DNA of 64,000 nt. It comes from Octopus sinensis (Eukaryota). Numbering within the stretch: the first letter of the stretch is position 1; every line of letters begins with the position of its first letter. The position numbers and the translations under genes are program-made. This document shows, in pieces, positions 38,020 to 51,082 of the stretch. Where the stretch lies: positions 106,392,001 to 106,456,000 of the forward strand of contig NC_043001.1 in NCBI RefSeq assembly GCF_006345805.1, given 5' to 3'. The notes below the pieces were generated by a model. That model saw nothing but the letters and a program-made list of their open reading frames with translations, was not told where the DNA came from and did not search any database.

Positions 38020-38462
38020 CATATGTATGTATATATATGTACGTATATATGTATGTATACATGTGTGTATATATATATATATATGTATGTATATATGTAT
38101 GTATGTATATGCATATATATATATGTATCTATATATATATGTATATATACAAATACATATGTATATGCATATGGTGTAAGTGGAGAAAGAGCACACACGA
38201 AAACGAAGAGTCTCGCTGGAGAGGTCACAAATGTGTGAAGAAATATTTCCGGACAATTTACATGAGTTAAACCGTCCCGAAATGCACGAATGTGTTCAGT
38301 GACTGCGCTTTTCAGCGGCTCGCTGTAAATACGTGGTGACAGTGCTAAGTATTTATGTATATAAATACAAAATTGTTACCAGTTTAAATAACCTTGAGGT
38401 AAAATCAATACCGGGAAAAAGGCATTCACTGTATTTTGTGATGGAGAAAATTTCTTGCTGCA

Positions 38463-38748
38463 GACAGAAAGGTGTAAACACACTGAGCCAGTGCGCAGCG
38501 CCCTCTCACAAGTCTGTTGGATGCATGTATGTCAGCATCCTCTTCAGCAACGGAGACCACAAAGGCGAAACACTAAATAATGTAACCAGTCAATCAACGA
38601 TGATGAGAATATCATTAGAGGGACTTGTGTCCCGTGTCTTTCCGGTCTCTGTTACTGTGAAGGAATTAACCACTCCGAAAAGCGTACATCCAACAATTAG
38701 GTCAGGGTGCGCAGCAAACCCGATTCGGTGTGTTTACACCTTTCTGTC
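38463..38748. mobile_element. MITE-like element with perfect 21-bp TIRs
   Basis: GACAGAAAGGTGTAAACACAC ... GTGTGTTTACACCTTTCTGTC. No TSD recognised. Confidence 0.55.
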
Positions 38749-39984
38749 AATTGCGAGAAATGTTCTTTGTGAGAACATACAGTGGATGGCTGTCTTACAA
38801 GCTCGAACCTGTATTAAGCATATTTGAAATTGTAACAAAACAAGACCAGATAGAAGAGGAGACACGAAGAACAACTAATGAATGAAGAGGACACAGAATG
38901 CGAGAGAACTCTGATAAACTAAAAACAATAATAAAAAAAACTAAAGTGAAGATCAAATAAACAGTGCGTGTGTTTATTAGCAAAATGACCGCCCCCAAAT
39001 ATAATAATATCTGTTTCTAAATACAATTTCATATCAAGAGTCTTGCAAAGCAAATACGTAAGGGTAAGTATACTTTATTGTTATTTCAGAAACCTTATTT
39101 GTTTAAAAATTCAAATAGGCATCTCCTCGGCTCAAATTTTTGGATCGAATTACTCACTACATTAAGGAATTCTTTTGAAACAAAGTTCAAGTATGTTTCG
39201 TAATTCGAAATAACATAGGAAACCTGAATATAATAGAATTTGGGAACTGTCTGTTTACCACATGGTGCACTTTAATGAGATGATATTTAAAAGAGAAAGA
39301 TACTTTTGTTTTGATAGAAGAGAGAAAAGATGTAATTTATATACTGCTTTTCATCGAAACTTCAATACATGCATGAAAGAAAAAAAAAACAAAAAGAGGA
39401 AATATAGAATATAGAAAGCACTCCATTACAATGTAGAATAGCGTAATGAACATCAAAATGGTGCTGCTACACAAAGAAAAATTTTTAAATCTATCATTAT
39501 AATATTCAATAGCTTTATATTCATAGTTTTTTATGTATTTCAGGCGCTGTAAACAACGAGGAAATAAACATTTTGTATATATACCCTTTCTCTTTATCTA
39601 TGGAATGAAACTATAATTCTATTAAAGAACTGGTGCTAAATATTCTATAATGTGAAACACAATGCCATATTTTAACAGCAACAAATAAGCAAAGTGTAAA
39701 CAACATTATTGAATGTTAAAATGTCTCCGCATTGACTAGCGATTAGTTTGAATCAATGTCTACTTTCATTGTGAAAGATATTAGTCCAAAACGGGTTAAG
39801 AAAGGAACCTCTAGATAGACGATAAACATGCTAGAAATAACAGTCAAATGTTTATAAAACGAATCAATACTATATTAGAGATGTACAGAAAATATGACCC
39901 CAAAATACTTGTTTGTCTGTAACTGAAATCCTTGAATATAACTATATTTAACTTGTAATGTGGCATAATTAGTAAGCCCTTCTG

Positions 39985-40165
39985 CAAAATGCCTTCCAGC
40001 CGGCTTTACGTTTTGAGTTTAAATCCCTTCAGGTTGACTTTGCTTTTCATCCTTTTGAAGTCGATAAAATGAACCCCAGGAGAACACTGGGGTGAAGTGA
40101 TTGACTTAATACACTACCACCACCCCGAAATTGCTGGCCTTATCCCAAAATTTCAAATCAATATA
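39985..40165 (+). mobile_element. Diverged SINE family B (subfamily with ccaaaatttgaaacc-type tail)
   Basis: ttgactttgcttttcatccttttgaagtcgataaaat core and gaaattgctggcctt tail. Confidence 0.7.
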
Positions 40166-40645
40166 TATTTCCTGCCACATCTTACGAATACAGTACATCT
40201 CATGGTAATCGAATCTTTCCTATCCTTTTTTTTGTTTTTTAACAAACCCACCTGGTCAGTAATTGATTTCAACGGAGTTCGCTGCGCTGCTGTGATTCAG
40301 TCTGAGCAATGTATGAACAGAACAACCTACAAAAGTTTATTTTCTACTCTAGACACAAGGCCCGAAATTTCGGATGGCTGGAGGGGGGGATATTTCAATA
40401 GCTATATATGCAGCAATGGAAACTGCATTTAGTGACTAATGCTTGTTCCGCAATAAATTTTGCAGTTATTTTTAAAGTTGAGACAAAAAAGAGAATTGTT
40501 CATTACAGATAATGGTGTTTATGCGACAAGTTTCGTCCATCAAATTTCACTCTGAGAACAGATGGCAGAAGTCATCTGTCCAAACATACTTGCGTAGCGA
40601 ATCGAACACGAACCATACATACCTGTATGTGATGAGCAATATATA

Positions 40646-40776
40646 TTACAGTTCTATATTTAAGAGATGAGGAATTATATACATTATTTACATTTGATTT
40701 ATATTTGTCTTCATCTTTTTTGTTAACAACAAACAAGATGGGTACAAATATCCGTCAAATGTAAGTTATGTAAATA
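40646..40776. mobile_element. Palindromic PLE-derived insert with 14-bp TSD (centre deleted relative to 61838-62049)
   Basis: Shares aacaacaaacaagatg..acaaatatccgtcaaatgt and gaggaatta/ctcttaaatatagaactg with the 62 kb copy. Direct repeat ATGAGCAATATATA at 40632-40645 and 40777-40790. Confidence 0.7.
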
Positions 40777-40792
40777 ATGAGCAATATATAAA

Positions 40793-41045
40793 CAATTACA
40801 GTGTGGAAGGTGTTTATAAGCCATCTAAGAAACACACAACAACCGTTAGATTCACTTCAACATTTAAATTTAATTTGCCAAAACATTTTCGTAGCTTTGA
40901 GATCACGACCTGTTCACTGACAAAATTCCGTGCTGCATCACGTGTGATTCTTAAATGGCTTATAAACACCTTCCACGCTGCAATTATTTTCGTTCTCGCA
41001 CATGATCTCAGATCAGGTCACTTGCTATGCAAGTACATCTCCGTA
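40793..41045. mobile_element. Long-TIR MITE ending in TA (Tc1/mariner-type)
   Basis: gtggaaggtgtttataagccat inverted as atggcttataaacaccttccac. The right end tgctatgcaagtacatctccg-TA is followed by (TA)n. Confidence 0.6.
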
Positions 41046-41712
41046 TATATATATATATATATATATATAAAGTTGTTCGAATTTACAATGGATTGATGAA
41101 ATACGATGAATTTAATTCAAATTGCACTCAGATAAATATAGGGTTACCAGTTACTTGTTACCCTAATCCTAACCCTAACCCTAATTTGGATCTGTAAGTA
41201 GGTCATTCACTGCAGTTCGTTACGGAGATATATTCTCGCTGTATGCAAAATATTCTCGCTGTATGCAAAAAGATGCAAACATATCGTAGTCAGTTAAAAG
41301 CAACTTCCATCCAAATGGATAGTTGCATGCATTTCGAAGTTGCCATCTTCTCATCGGCGTCGAACACTGGGAAGAGAGTCAACTTTGAACTGACTCGGAC
41401 ATTAAATTTCTCTGATTAGAACGCAGCCAAAATAATTAGAAGCGCTTAGCAGCGTAAGTAGTGATTGATATAAATGTTCAAATATGTTTGATACATTCGA
41501 ACCCGTGCTGTATTTCATCGAACATCATTCGAACTGCATTGTATCATGCACGTGGGACAGTGTGCAGTTTATGAATCTCATAAAAATTCAATGCAAAATC
41601 TGTCTCTGCAGGAGTTGACTGCATAACTTAAAGTGATATCAGTGTATATCCTGAAGCATCTCTCCAGCTGCTCTATTGTGTCTGCCAAGCCACAAATTTT
41701 AGAGTATTTGAC

Positions 41713-42130
41713 GTGAAGGCTGCGAGCAAGCGGAATGTTAGCACGTCGAGCAAAGGGCAGAACGGATCTCGTTTCTCTTTACGTTCTGAGTTCAAATTCC
41801 GCTGCGGTCGAATTTGTCTTTCATCCTTTCGGGGTCGATAAAATAAGTACCAGTCGAGTGCTGGAATCAGCGGAATTGATTTAAGCCTTCCCTCTAAATT
41901 GTTGACGTAGTGCCAAATTTTGAAATCAATATTATGATTTAACATGAAGGCAGCGAGCTTGCAGAATCGTCATCAGGGCAAGCAAAATGCTTAGTGGAAG
42001 TTTGTTTGACTATACGGTCAGAGAGGTCGACCTCGCGATTCTCCCTTTTGGGGTCGTTAAAATAAATATGAGTTGTGTACCAGTCCTTCCAAATTGTTGG
42101 CCCTGCACCAAAATTTGAAACCAATATTAT
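41713..42130 (+). mobile_element. Two tandem diverged SINE family B copies
   Basis: Two heads gaaggc(t/a)gcgagc, two cores and two ccaaa(a)tttgaaa(t/c)caatatt tails. Confidence 0.75.
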
Positions 42131-42719
42131 GTTTTAACATGGAAATGTATTCCAAAATGTGGGGGTGGGTTCTGCTTGATCAGAATTACACGAATACGTG
42201 ATATATCTGTAGTTTATTCACCCCGGAAGAAAGAGAAACAACCAGTCCCTATATTCTTTGACTTTAACGCAAAACGGAACCCCAACTAAACAGTACCAAA
42301 CATTCCTCAGACAGTACAGATTATGCAAATTTACTGTCCATTGTGATATTTAATCTAATTTCTAACATGAGAAAATACAAAATTTTAGTGAGAGACTTTA
42401 TAGTTCATATAATCGAGTTCAGTTAATTACTGATATTAAATATCGTCCTCTTTGGTGGATTTTGAAATCACGTATATTTGATAATGAGAGTAGTATGTAT
42501 GGCCACACCAGGAAAGTAAGTGTTGTATATACGGCTGTATACACACGTGTTTTCAAATGAGTTAATATTTTCTATAACATACATATGTGTGTGGTGTACA
42601 TGCATGTATATAACAGAAAATATAATCTATTGAAGATACATTCATGTGTAGTGTTTGCACATCGATATAATATATATATATGTATGTATGTATATATATA
42701 TATATATATATATTACCGA

Positions 42720-43120
42720 TTTCATACATAAAGTTTGCAGGTTTAACTCTTCAATATATACGTGTCAAAAACTTCCCCGAAGAAACCTCAAGGTGACGAC
42801 TCAAATAATACTTTTTTTTCCTATCATATTCTCTGCTTCTTTTAAAGATTTCAGCGCTGCTCCGATGGAAGCGTTTTGCTTTGTCGTCGTTGTTATTTTT
42901 GATTTTCGTTTTTCCTTTTATATTTCCACACAATTGAATATCTTAGCATCTCCCAATAAGGATTTCTGATATTTCTCAAAGTGTTTTTCAATGTACTTTC
43001 AGAATATAGGAGTCGTTCTTCTTTTGATTTCCTCGCTCATTTTCTCTATGCAGTTCTTTGTGACAGTAGCAATCTGACATCCCCAGCTATTCTTGTTTCT
43101 TTCACGCCACATCTATTTGT
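42720..43120 (-). mobile_element. Decayed Penelope-like fragment (RT C-terminus / linker)
   Basis: tcagcgctgctccgatggaagcgttttgctttgtcg (about 42850-42890) is nearly identical to about 36500-36535 of the GIY-YIG-bearing PLE. Confidence 0.6.
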
Positions 43121-43775
43121 GTTTTCTTCGTTTTTCCTTATGCTTTTATTCTTCATTCCCCAGATAGATAGCTACAAATATCTATGTATATATATATATA
43201 TATATATATGTACATGAATATCCTTATGTGTACGTACGTGTGTGCTTGTGTGAGCTTGTGTGTGTACGTGTGTGTGTTAAAATGATTTCTTCAGTATGAT
43301 TTTATTAACCTTAATATGTGCGCGTACGTTGTGTATATGTTTGTGTGACTTTATGTGTATAAGATATGTCTGTTTATGCATATATTTATATGTTCATGTG
43401 TGTGTGTGTAAACGCATTATATATGCTTAAACATACATATATAAGTATAAGTGTGTGTATGTAAATACACTGGCATACACGGCCGAACGTATACATGGCT
43501 CACATATACGAATGTTGAAGCGAAGGTGATACAAACTCGTGCACAAGTTTATCACTAACTGGCATAGATCGTTCGAATTACACACGCCACTCTGCAAACA
43601 AACTACTTCACATGGGTTCTATCACAAACGATACGTTTTCTCCATCGTTGAACCAACTCTCGAATAACCTTTGAAAAAATCCAGGTGTTCAGTGTTGCTT
43701 CATAAGTGCTTCTACCAACATTTTTCATGAAATGTTTGTCCCCAAAGACTGTTCTTTATTGAATCGAATATATGA

Positions 43776-44060
43776 TGGCGTGTGGAGTAGTGTTCACTGT
43801 GTTCGGCTCATGATCGTGAAGTAGTCAGTTCGGTTCCCGGCAGTATGTTGTGTCCTTGAGCAAGACACTTTATTTCGCGTTGATCGAGCCCACTCACCTG
43901 CCAAAAATGAGTTGTACCTCTACTTGAAAACGGCCAACAAGATTACAATTTGTGCCATGTTGTGTCTCTCAGAGAAGTATGTTAAGGGTACGCGTGTCTG
44001 TGGAGTGCTCAGCCACTTGCACGTAAATTTCACGAGCAAGTTGTTCTGTTGATGGAACCC
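43776..44060 (+). mobile_element. SINE family D (tRNA-like head, gtgtccttgagcaagacac core)
   Basis: A-box-like TGGAGTAGTG, B-box-like AGTTCGGTTCC, tail cagccacttgcacgtaaatttcacgagc. Confidence 0.6.
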
Positions 44061-44369
44061 TCACATGGAACCCTTGTCAGACCATTATGGAGGGTATCTG
44101 AACCAGACCAGTTGGAGGGTATTTGCACGAACTTTTCGATACCCAAAGTCTACTACCATCGTGCACGTAAATTTCACGAGCAAGTTGTTCTGTTGATGGA
44201 ACCCTCACATGGAACCCTCGTCAGACCATTATGGAGGGTATCTGAACCAGACCAGCTGGAGGGTATCTGGAGGGTATCTGAACCGGGGCATTCTGTCATT
44301 GAGTGGGTGTGGGAAGACAATGGAATAAACCAATTTGCAGAATGCCTTGTTTGTTTTAGAAAGGAATAT

Positions 44370-44950
44370 GTGACTATGTGTATCTGAGGTTACAGTCAAA
44401 CATGTCTCTAACTATCAAGGAATATTGCAACCTTACAATCGCTCGATAAACTACTGCCATCATTTTCTATACCAATTGTTGGTTCTTCAAATTCTTAGGT
44501 ATTGCTGAAGAGGTGTGATGTCTTTCCATGGTTTGAGTTTCCATGATTTAAGTTTCACGTCCACCTTTCATCAGCTGTCAGCCGGCCGGGAAAACCTATG
44601 TTTCTATAAGCGTCAAACGTTTGCAGTACACCAGAGCTGATTTCCACACCATACTTACCTTTAAATCAAGTATCAGCCGCCGATGTACTTTTTCGATTTG
44701 CACGAACTTTTCGATACCCAAAGTCTACTACCATCTTCTCAAATGCGTTGTGTTCATAGACTAGTTATGCAGCAAGCTCGCCATTTGTGAACTCTCGACC
44801 CTTGCGAATCACTAAGTCTACTCGCTGGCTTGTTGTGCCATAGGAAAGTCGCAGTTGATCGTCTCCTACTACATGGTTCGTCTTCAATTTTTGTTTCCCC
44901 TATTTTGACTTCTTCATCTGTGCCCATTTCTTCTCTCAGTTGTGTCATTT
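44370..44950 (-). pseudogene. Mariner transposase remnant
   Basis: Minus-strand fragments EDEPCSRRRSTAT (cf. EDEERSGRPST), VIRKGREFT, DFGYRKVRA (cf. LGYRKVCARWVP), RLTADERW (cf. VTGDETW) and TMERHHTSSAIPK, with stops and frameshifts. Confidence 0.8.
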
Positions 44951-44961
44951 CTATAAACAGC

Positions 44962-45212
44962 CTGTAGCTCGTTGTATATATGTGTGTGTGTGTGCGCATT
45001 TCTGTTTGTGCGTCTGTGTTTGTCCCTCCAAAATCACTTGACAACCGATGCTGGTGTGTTTATGTCCACGTAGCGTAGCGGTTCTACAAAAGAGACCGAT
45101 ATAGGCTTATAAAAAATGTCCTGGGTTCGATTTGCTCAACTAAAGGCGATGCCCCAGCATGGCTGCAGCCAAATGTCTGATACAAGTAAAAGAATAAAAG
45201 AATAAAAGAATA
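44962..45212 (+). mobile_element. SINE family A 3' half
   Basis: cttgacaaccgatgctggtgtgttt...aggcgatgccccagcatggctgcagcc...(AAAAGAAT)n. Confidence 0.85.
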
Positions 45213-45422
45213 CATGCATATATATATATAGAAAAACAGGTAACGACTGATCAAGGGTCGTTCTTTTTCGTTGTTTGTCGTTTTCCATTTGTGGGTTTTT
45301 CGTTGTTCAAAAAAATAGTTCATATTGCATATATATATATATATATATACCTTTAGATGTAAGTATATACATATACGTATGTATATATGCATCTATATAT
45401 ATATTATTTATTTATATTATAT

Positions 45423-45424
<2 letters not shown>

Positions 45425-45505
<81 letters not shown>
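45425..45505. repeat. (GATA)n microsatellite
   Basis: Read directly from sequence. Confidence 0.95.
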
Positions 45506-45775
45506 TCCAAGAGTTACGGAATGGATTAGGTAAGATCCAGGCTACGTATGTTTGTTAGCGAGCGGAACCGCAGAAATGGTAAAACTGTAAGCGAGGTGAA
45601 ATATGAAAAGAACTTATACAGCGTATTGTACTTCGATAAGAAAAAAAATCCGCAACCTACCGTCTCAATAAACCACTGTTGTCCCTGTAAGTTGTTTTTT
45701 ATATTTAATACGGATTGCTTGAAGCTAACTTTCTTCCTACACCTCGATCCCTGGATCTTACATCTAAATATATAT

Positions 45776-45867
<92 letters not shown>

Positions 45868-46286
45868 ATGTGTGTGTGTGCATTTTATCCAATCTTCCTC
45901 GAGCAGTTCTTCACTTTCTAAACGCACTATCTGAAACGATATTTTACTCTGTCAATGAAGGCCGGAGGTCATTTGTGAATGTTTGCGAAAGCTATCGCTT
46001 CTTTAAAGTTTTGCTGCTGTCTTCATTCTTTAGCGTCTAACATAGATTCACTTTTATTCCGCATGTGTATCCACGTGAAATATGGGAACATGTCTGTTCC
46101 AGGTCGACATGCTAGCGATAGTGGCTCCTAATTTCTTTCAAATCGTATCACAACGTCTTTAAATATATCACAACAATGTAATATACAATACATAAAATAC
46201 AACATCTTCATGACTGTCTGATTAGGGCTGATCTGAAGAACTCCAATAACAATATATATATATGTATGTGTGTGTATGTATGTATG

Positions 46287-46337
<51 letters not shown>

Positions 46338-46338
46338 A

Positions 46339-46451
<113 letters not shown>

Positions 46452-47786
46452 CATATATATAATATATATGTATGTATAAATATATAAGTATGTATGTATC
46501 ATTTTTTCGGAATGAGATAAAAAAAAACCAAGGCTGTGAAGATATTAGAACATTTATAAATAGGTCTTGTATCTTGGTCCTTGTTATTCTCTATGTCTTG
46601 TATGTTATTCATTCATTCTCGCAGCCTGGAAGGTAGTTGTGGATTCATAAGCAATGTGGATCACTTATTTTGGTATTGTTTGGTTTTCATAAGTAACCTA
46701 ATTTCATTTGCAAAATGATTAAATATTGATGTCTTAGTTTTGATAGGTTCTCTGGGTGTGTATGTGTTTGTGTCTTTGTTTGTTTGTGTCTTTGTTTGTT
46801 TGTGTGTGTGTGTGTGTGTGTGATCACAAGACAAACTGCTACGCGGGAACTGTCAACTTAATCGTATTCCTCATCAATCACCATCCTCATGTTCAGCTCA
46901 ACACGCAAACCGATCTGAAATCAATTTAGTTGACCCTCATTCAATTTGAAATGTTCGCGTGTAACCGTCACTGTCTTACTGAGAAAATTGAGAGGAGACA
47001 TGTCGTATATTTGTGTAATTGAGCCATGGATAAATTCAATTTACTTTCCGGATCTATTTTTCACAAATTAAAAGGAACTAATTAAAGATAAAGTAGCAAC
47101 TATAAAATGACTTCTACGCGCTGGACTACAACAGAAACGACTTTGATCTTATTTGTATGTAACCAATGCCTATAAAATGACAACAGATGTCAACGCTAAT
47201 TATAAATAATGTAGTGTGTTAAACTTTTGACGCATAACAAATAGTACAATCATGTAACAAACCCGAGGCATTTTAACGGTCTGGGCGTAATTATGAAAAG
47301 TGGTTATCCAAACTGAAAAGAGCAAGGACATGTTTGAGAAATAATTATCACCGTCTAGAACAAGAATGCTTGTTCTCGGATAAATTTTTATCTTTTCCGG
47401 CGAAAAATGCTCAGAACAAGATGTTATCGAAGAGGCTCTCAAACTGAAGCAATTAGGATTTGAGATATGCGCATACAAATAATAATTAGAACACTACATA
47501 TGATAAAATAATATGAAAAATAACAGGACCCAAAGCAATTCTTATAAACTTGCGAAGGCCAAAACCTAGCACTATGAGATTGTTATGGCAAATTTCAATT
47601 CCAGGCAATTACCGCCTTTAACACCGTCTTAAATAGTGTGGTCCAAGAAATTATATCACTTCTTACTGGTTAAACGACGAAGTTCACAAAAATGCGACGG
47701 GTGACCCTTGTAACTTTCGCTGGTAATCTATGAATCGTGCTCTAATATACTAACCAACGGGGTAAGTGTACATTATAATAAAGGAA

Positions 47787-48090
47787 GTGGTGGCACATGA
47801 CCTAGTGGTCAGAGCAGCGGACTCGCGGTCGAGGGATCGCGGGTTCGAATCTCAGACCGGGCGATGTGAGTGTTTATAAGCGAAACACCTAAGCTCCACG
47901 CGGCTCCAGCAGAAGGTAATGGCGAACTTCTGCTGACTCTTTCGCCACAACTTTCACTCTTTCCTCCTGCATCTTGCAGCTCACCTGCGATGGACCGGCG
48001 TCCCGTCTAGGTGGGGAACCTATACGCCAAGGAAACCGGGAAACCGGCCCCATGAGCCAGGCGTGGCTCGAGAAGGAACAAACAACAACA
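47787..48090 (+). mobile_element. Young tRNA-derived SINE family C with V-domain-like core
   Basis: A-box TGACCTAGTGG, B-box GGTTCGAATC, core cctgcgatggaccggcgtcccgtc, (AAC)n tail, CpG-rich. 12-bp TSD ATAATAAAGGAA at 47775-47786 and 48091-48102. Confidence 0.85.
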
Positions 48091-48694
48091 ATAATAAAGG
48101 AATGTAATTCTTAAACAGCAGTAAGTCTGTCACGATCCGAAAAAAGAATCTGCTGCGATCGAGTTATTAAAACATTTACTTCGATCCTATACGCAGGCTT
48201 GTTATAACTACTAGAAGCACACCAATACGATGGCATAAAGAACTAACATTCTGACTGTACACTCCAGTCACATGGGATTTTGCACCTCCGGTCTTTATAT
48301 CATCCAATGCATGCCACCATTAATTTTGCTCCTCGGAAAGTCCATTTATGGATTTTTCGATTATATATTGCATGGAGAAAGAACCAGATACATTCACCAG
48401 CTTCCTTCAGTGAGGCTAATTTTCCCAGTTTTAAGGTGGTCCTTAATTTTATCATGAAATTTGTCAAGGTTATTAAGATAGTATTAAAAACATAACGGAA
48501 AAGATAGCATTGGAGCAGTTCATTTGACTTCAATAGAAATGAGACTCCTGCACAAACAGAGGTTGCTGTGTGTGTGTGCAGTACTGTCCTTTTGCTGGAG
48601 AACTTTGTTTGTATATATATATATATATATATATATTTCATTTTTGGATTTGGTTTGCAAGATTCCTTATATGAGTTCGTGTGTTGAAGCATAA

Positions 48695-48925
48695 TCTGTT
48701 GTGTCTGGGGAGAGTCATTTTCTTTTTGTGTCTTATTATGTAACACACTCACCGGTAAACTTTCCACTTGTTTCTCATTTTTATTTTCCTAAAATATTCG
48801 TTGCGTCTTGCAACCTTTTCAATAGCTCTGATTCAATGAAAATAAGAAAAAAGTGGAAATTTTACCGATGGGTGTGTTACATAATAAATCACAAAAAGAA
48901 AATGACTCTCCCCAGACACAGCAGA
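48695..48925. repeat. Hairpin element (about 90-bp arms) between TA runs, with a hammerhead-like motif in the loop
   Basis: tctgttgtgtctggggagagtcattttc... is inverted at ...gaaaatgactctccccagacacagcaga. Loop on minus strand: CTA-TTGAAAA-G-GTTGC(aagac)GCAAC-GAATATTT-TAG. Confidence 0.85.
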
Positions 48926-49090
48926 ATATATATATATATTGTGTGTGTTTTGCTTTAGTCTGTTGCGTCTTTACGCTTCTTGCGTTTCACAAGTGCTTTA
49001 TCTGTTACATCACTTCAGTGTTCCGTCCGTGTTTTTGTTTGGAGGCTGTGCAATGTCACTATGTTATCATGTAATATTTTTGAATGATGA

Positions 49091-49292
49091 TAAGGCGGTA
49101 AGGGGGCAGAATCTTTAGCATGCTTGGCAGCATTTCGTCCGGCTCTATGGTCTGAGATCATATGCCATCAATGACGATTTATATCCTTTCGGGGTGGATA
49201 AAATAAGTACCAGATGAGCCCTCGGGTCGATGTAATCTACTTCCACCTTCCCCGCGAAATTGCTAGTTTTTTATCAAAAATTTGAAGCCATT
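49091..49292 (+). mobile_element. Diverged SINE family B
   Basis: aaggcggt head, atcctttcggggtggataaaataagtaccag core. Confidence 0.7.
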
Positions 49293-49685
49293 ATTTTCGT
49301 AGATAATGGTTGTTTTCTGCGTGATTTAAATAGATTCTGCTATATTATATAATGGCATCTCATAATTTTGTTTACAGCTCTGTGATGCTTGTGTTATATT
49401 ATTAGTCAGCAGGTTTGTACATAAGGCAGTGATTCAATTTTTAATTGTATATAAGTCGTGTTAATGTGTTACTGTTCGCCGATGTAGCATAAACGTTGTG
49501 TTGTAATGCTTGGTGGCGAGTGAATACGTTTTGTGAGTGTCGTCCCACTGCGTGATTCGTGTAGGCTGTACAGGCTGCAGACAGAAAGGTAGACATAAAC
49601 TCTACTGCCTGATTCGTTCTCCCAGACCGATATCTTAAGAAGACATGCTGAGTCGTCTCAAAGAATATTAAAAATAAGACTGCGT

Positions 49686-49903
49686 CAGGTGGCGAGCTGG
49701 CAGAACCGTTAACACGTTGGACAAAATATTTAAAAGCGTTTCGTTCGTTTTCACTTTCTGAGTTCAGATTCCGCCTAGGTCGACTTAGGCGTTACATTCT
49801 TTTCAGGTTGATAAAATAATTACCAGTCAAGCACTGGGATTGATGTAATCGACTTAGAACCCTCCCTCAAAATTGCGGGCCTTGTGCCAAAATTTGAAAC
49901 CAT
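49686..49903 (+). mobile_element. Diverged SINE family B
   Basis: ggcgagctggcagaaccgttaacacg head, ccttgtgccaaaatttgaaacc tail. Confidence 0.8.
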
Positions 49904-51082
49904 TAATATTGTTGCTGTTGTTATTAAATTCTTTAGTAAATATAACAAAACATTAATACAAGAAAATATGTCCATCGTCACCACTATTAGTAGTATAACT
50001 TTTAGTAGTATCTTTATTGTTGCAGTATTTATTGTTGTTATTATTTCTATTGATTCCAGTTGGTCAACGAAGAAGCAGTATCGATTCCAGCAGTTATAAA
50101 TGTTTAACTGCTCTTGATGCTAAATATCCTTACAAGAAATGGTATTTCAATATTTTATCACTTTTATAGAAGTAATTAAGACGCTAGTAGCTCTTGTAGG
50201 TTTTCAGATAATGGAATGACTTGATTGAGCGCCAGTTCTTCAGCCATTCTTAAGTAGGTACTTAGAAAACATTACATCTAACGTTTCCTCGTTTCAAAGA
50301 TACTGTTGTTTAGAATATGGAAAATCACCAGACTTTTAAACTCAAGAGAAAGGAAATGTAAATTTCTGAAAATATAATTATTTTTATGTAATATTCTATT
50401 ATAATTTTTATATATTATTTTATTATTCATTTATTAACTGCATAATTCATTTCTTCTGTATATATTGAATTCAATATAATGTCATTTGTTTACTTTAAAA
50501 GTTTATGCGCCACCTCAAATAAAAGTTTATAAGATACTTCATTGAAAACATTTGGTAAAATTCGCTATGATATTTACAAAGAATAAACTATTTTTGTAAT
50601 TAGGAAATTAATAAGATATATTCTAAAATACTCAATGAATTATTTAGAGAATAATCAAATATTGTTATTCAACTACAACTATCGGAGTGAAATAAAATAT
50701 AGACTGCTTGAGTTGGTGAAAGAGCACAAGTTTCCGGTGTAGGCACAGCCCATTGAGACGGTCTCCGTACTAGACTGTTACTTATTGTATAACAAAGACC
50801 ACAGAAGGTTGAAAGGAAAAGTTACTATCAATAGGATTTGCAATTAGAGCATAAAGAACCGTAACCAAACAGCATGTCATTTCAAGACACTCTTTAATGA
50901 TTTTGACAATCTAGCATCCTGATTCAGCGTAAAAAAGAAAGCAGAAAAATGATTTTGAATAAATATTTGATATGTTAGCTCTCAAGAAACGGAAGCTTAT
51001 TTTCTGAGATTGGCGGTGCATAAATGTATAAAAATACTCAAAATGAGAAAGCCGCAACTATTTCAAATCCAGTTTTGTTTTA

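Noticed and set aside
38333-38827. 164-aa ORF as a real gene
   Set aside because: No recognisable domain, it starts at GTG and it spans a TIR-bounded element.
41160-41184. Interstitial telomeric (CCCTAA)n
   Set aside because: Only about 3-4 imperfect units, too short to indicate a fusion or healing site.
47787-47862. tRNA gene
   Set aside because: A and B boxes are present but there is no complete cloverleaf, and the sequence continues into a SINE body with tail and TSD. The same applies to the heads of families A, B and D.
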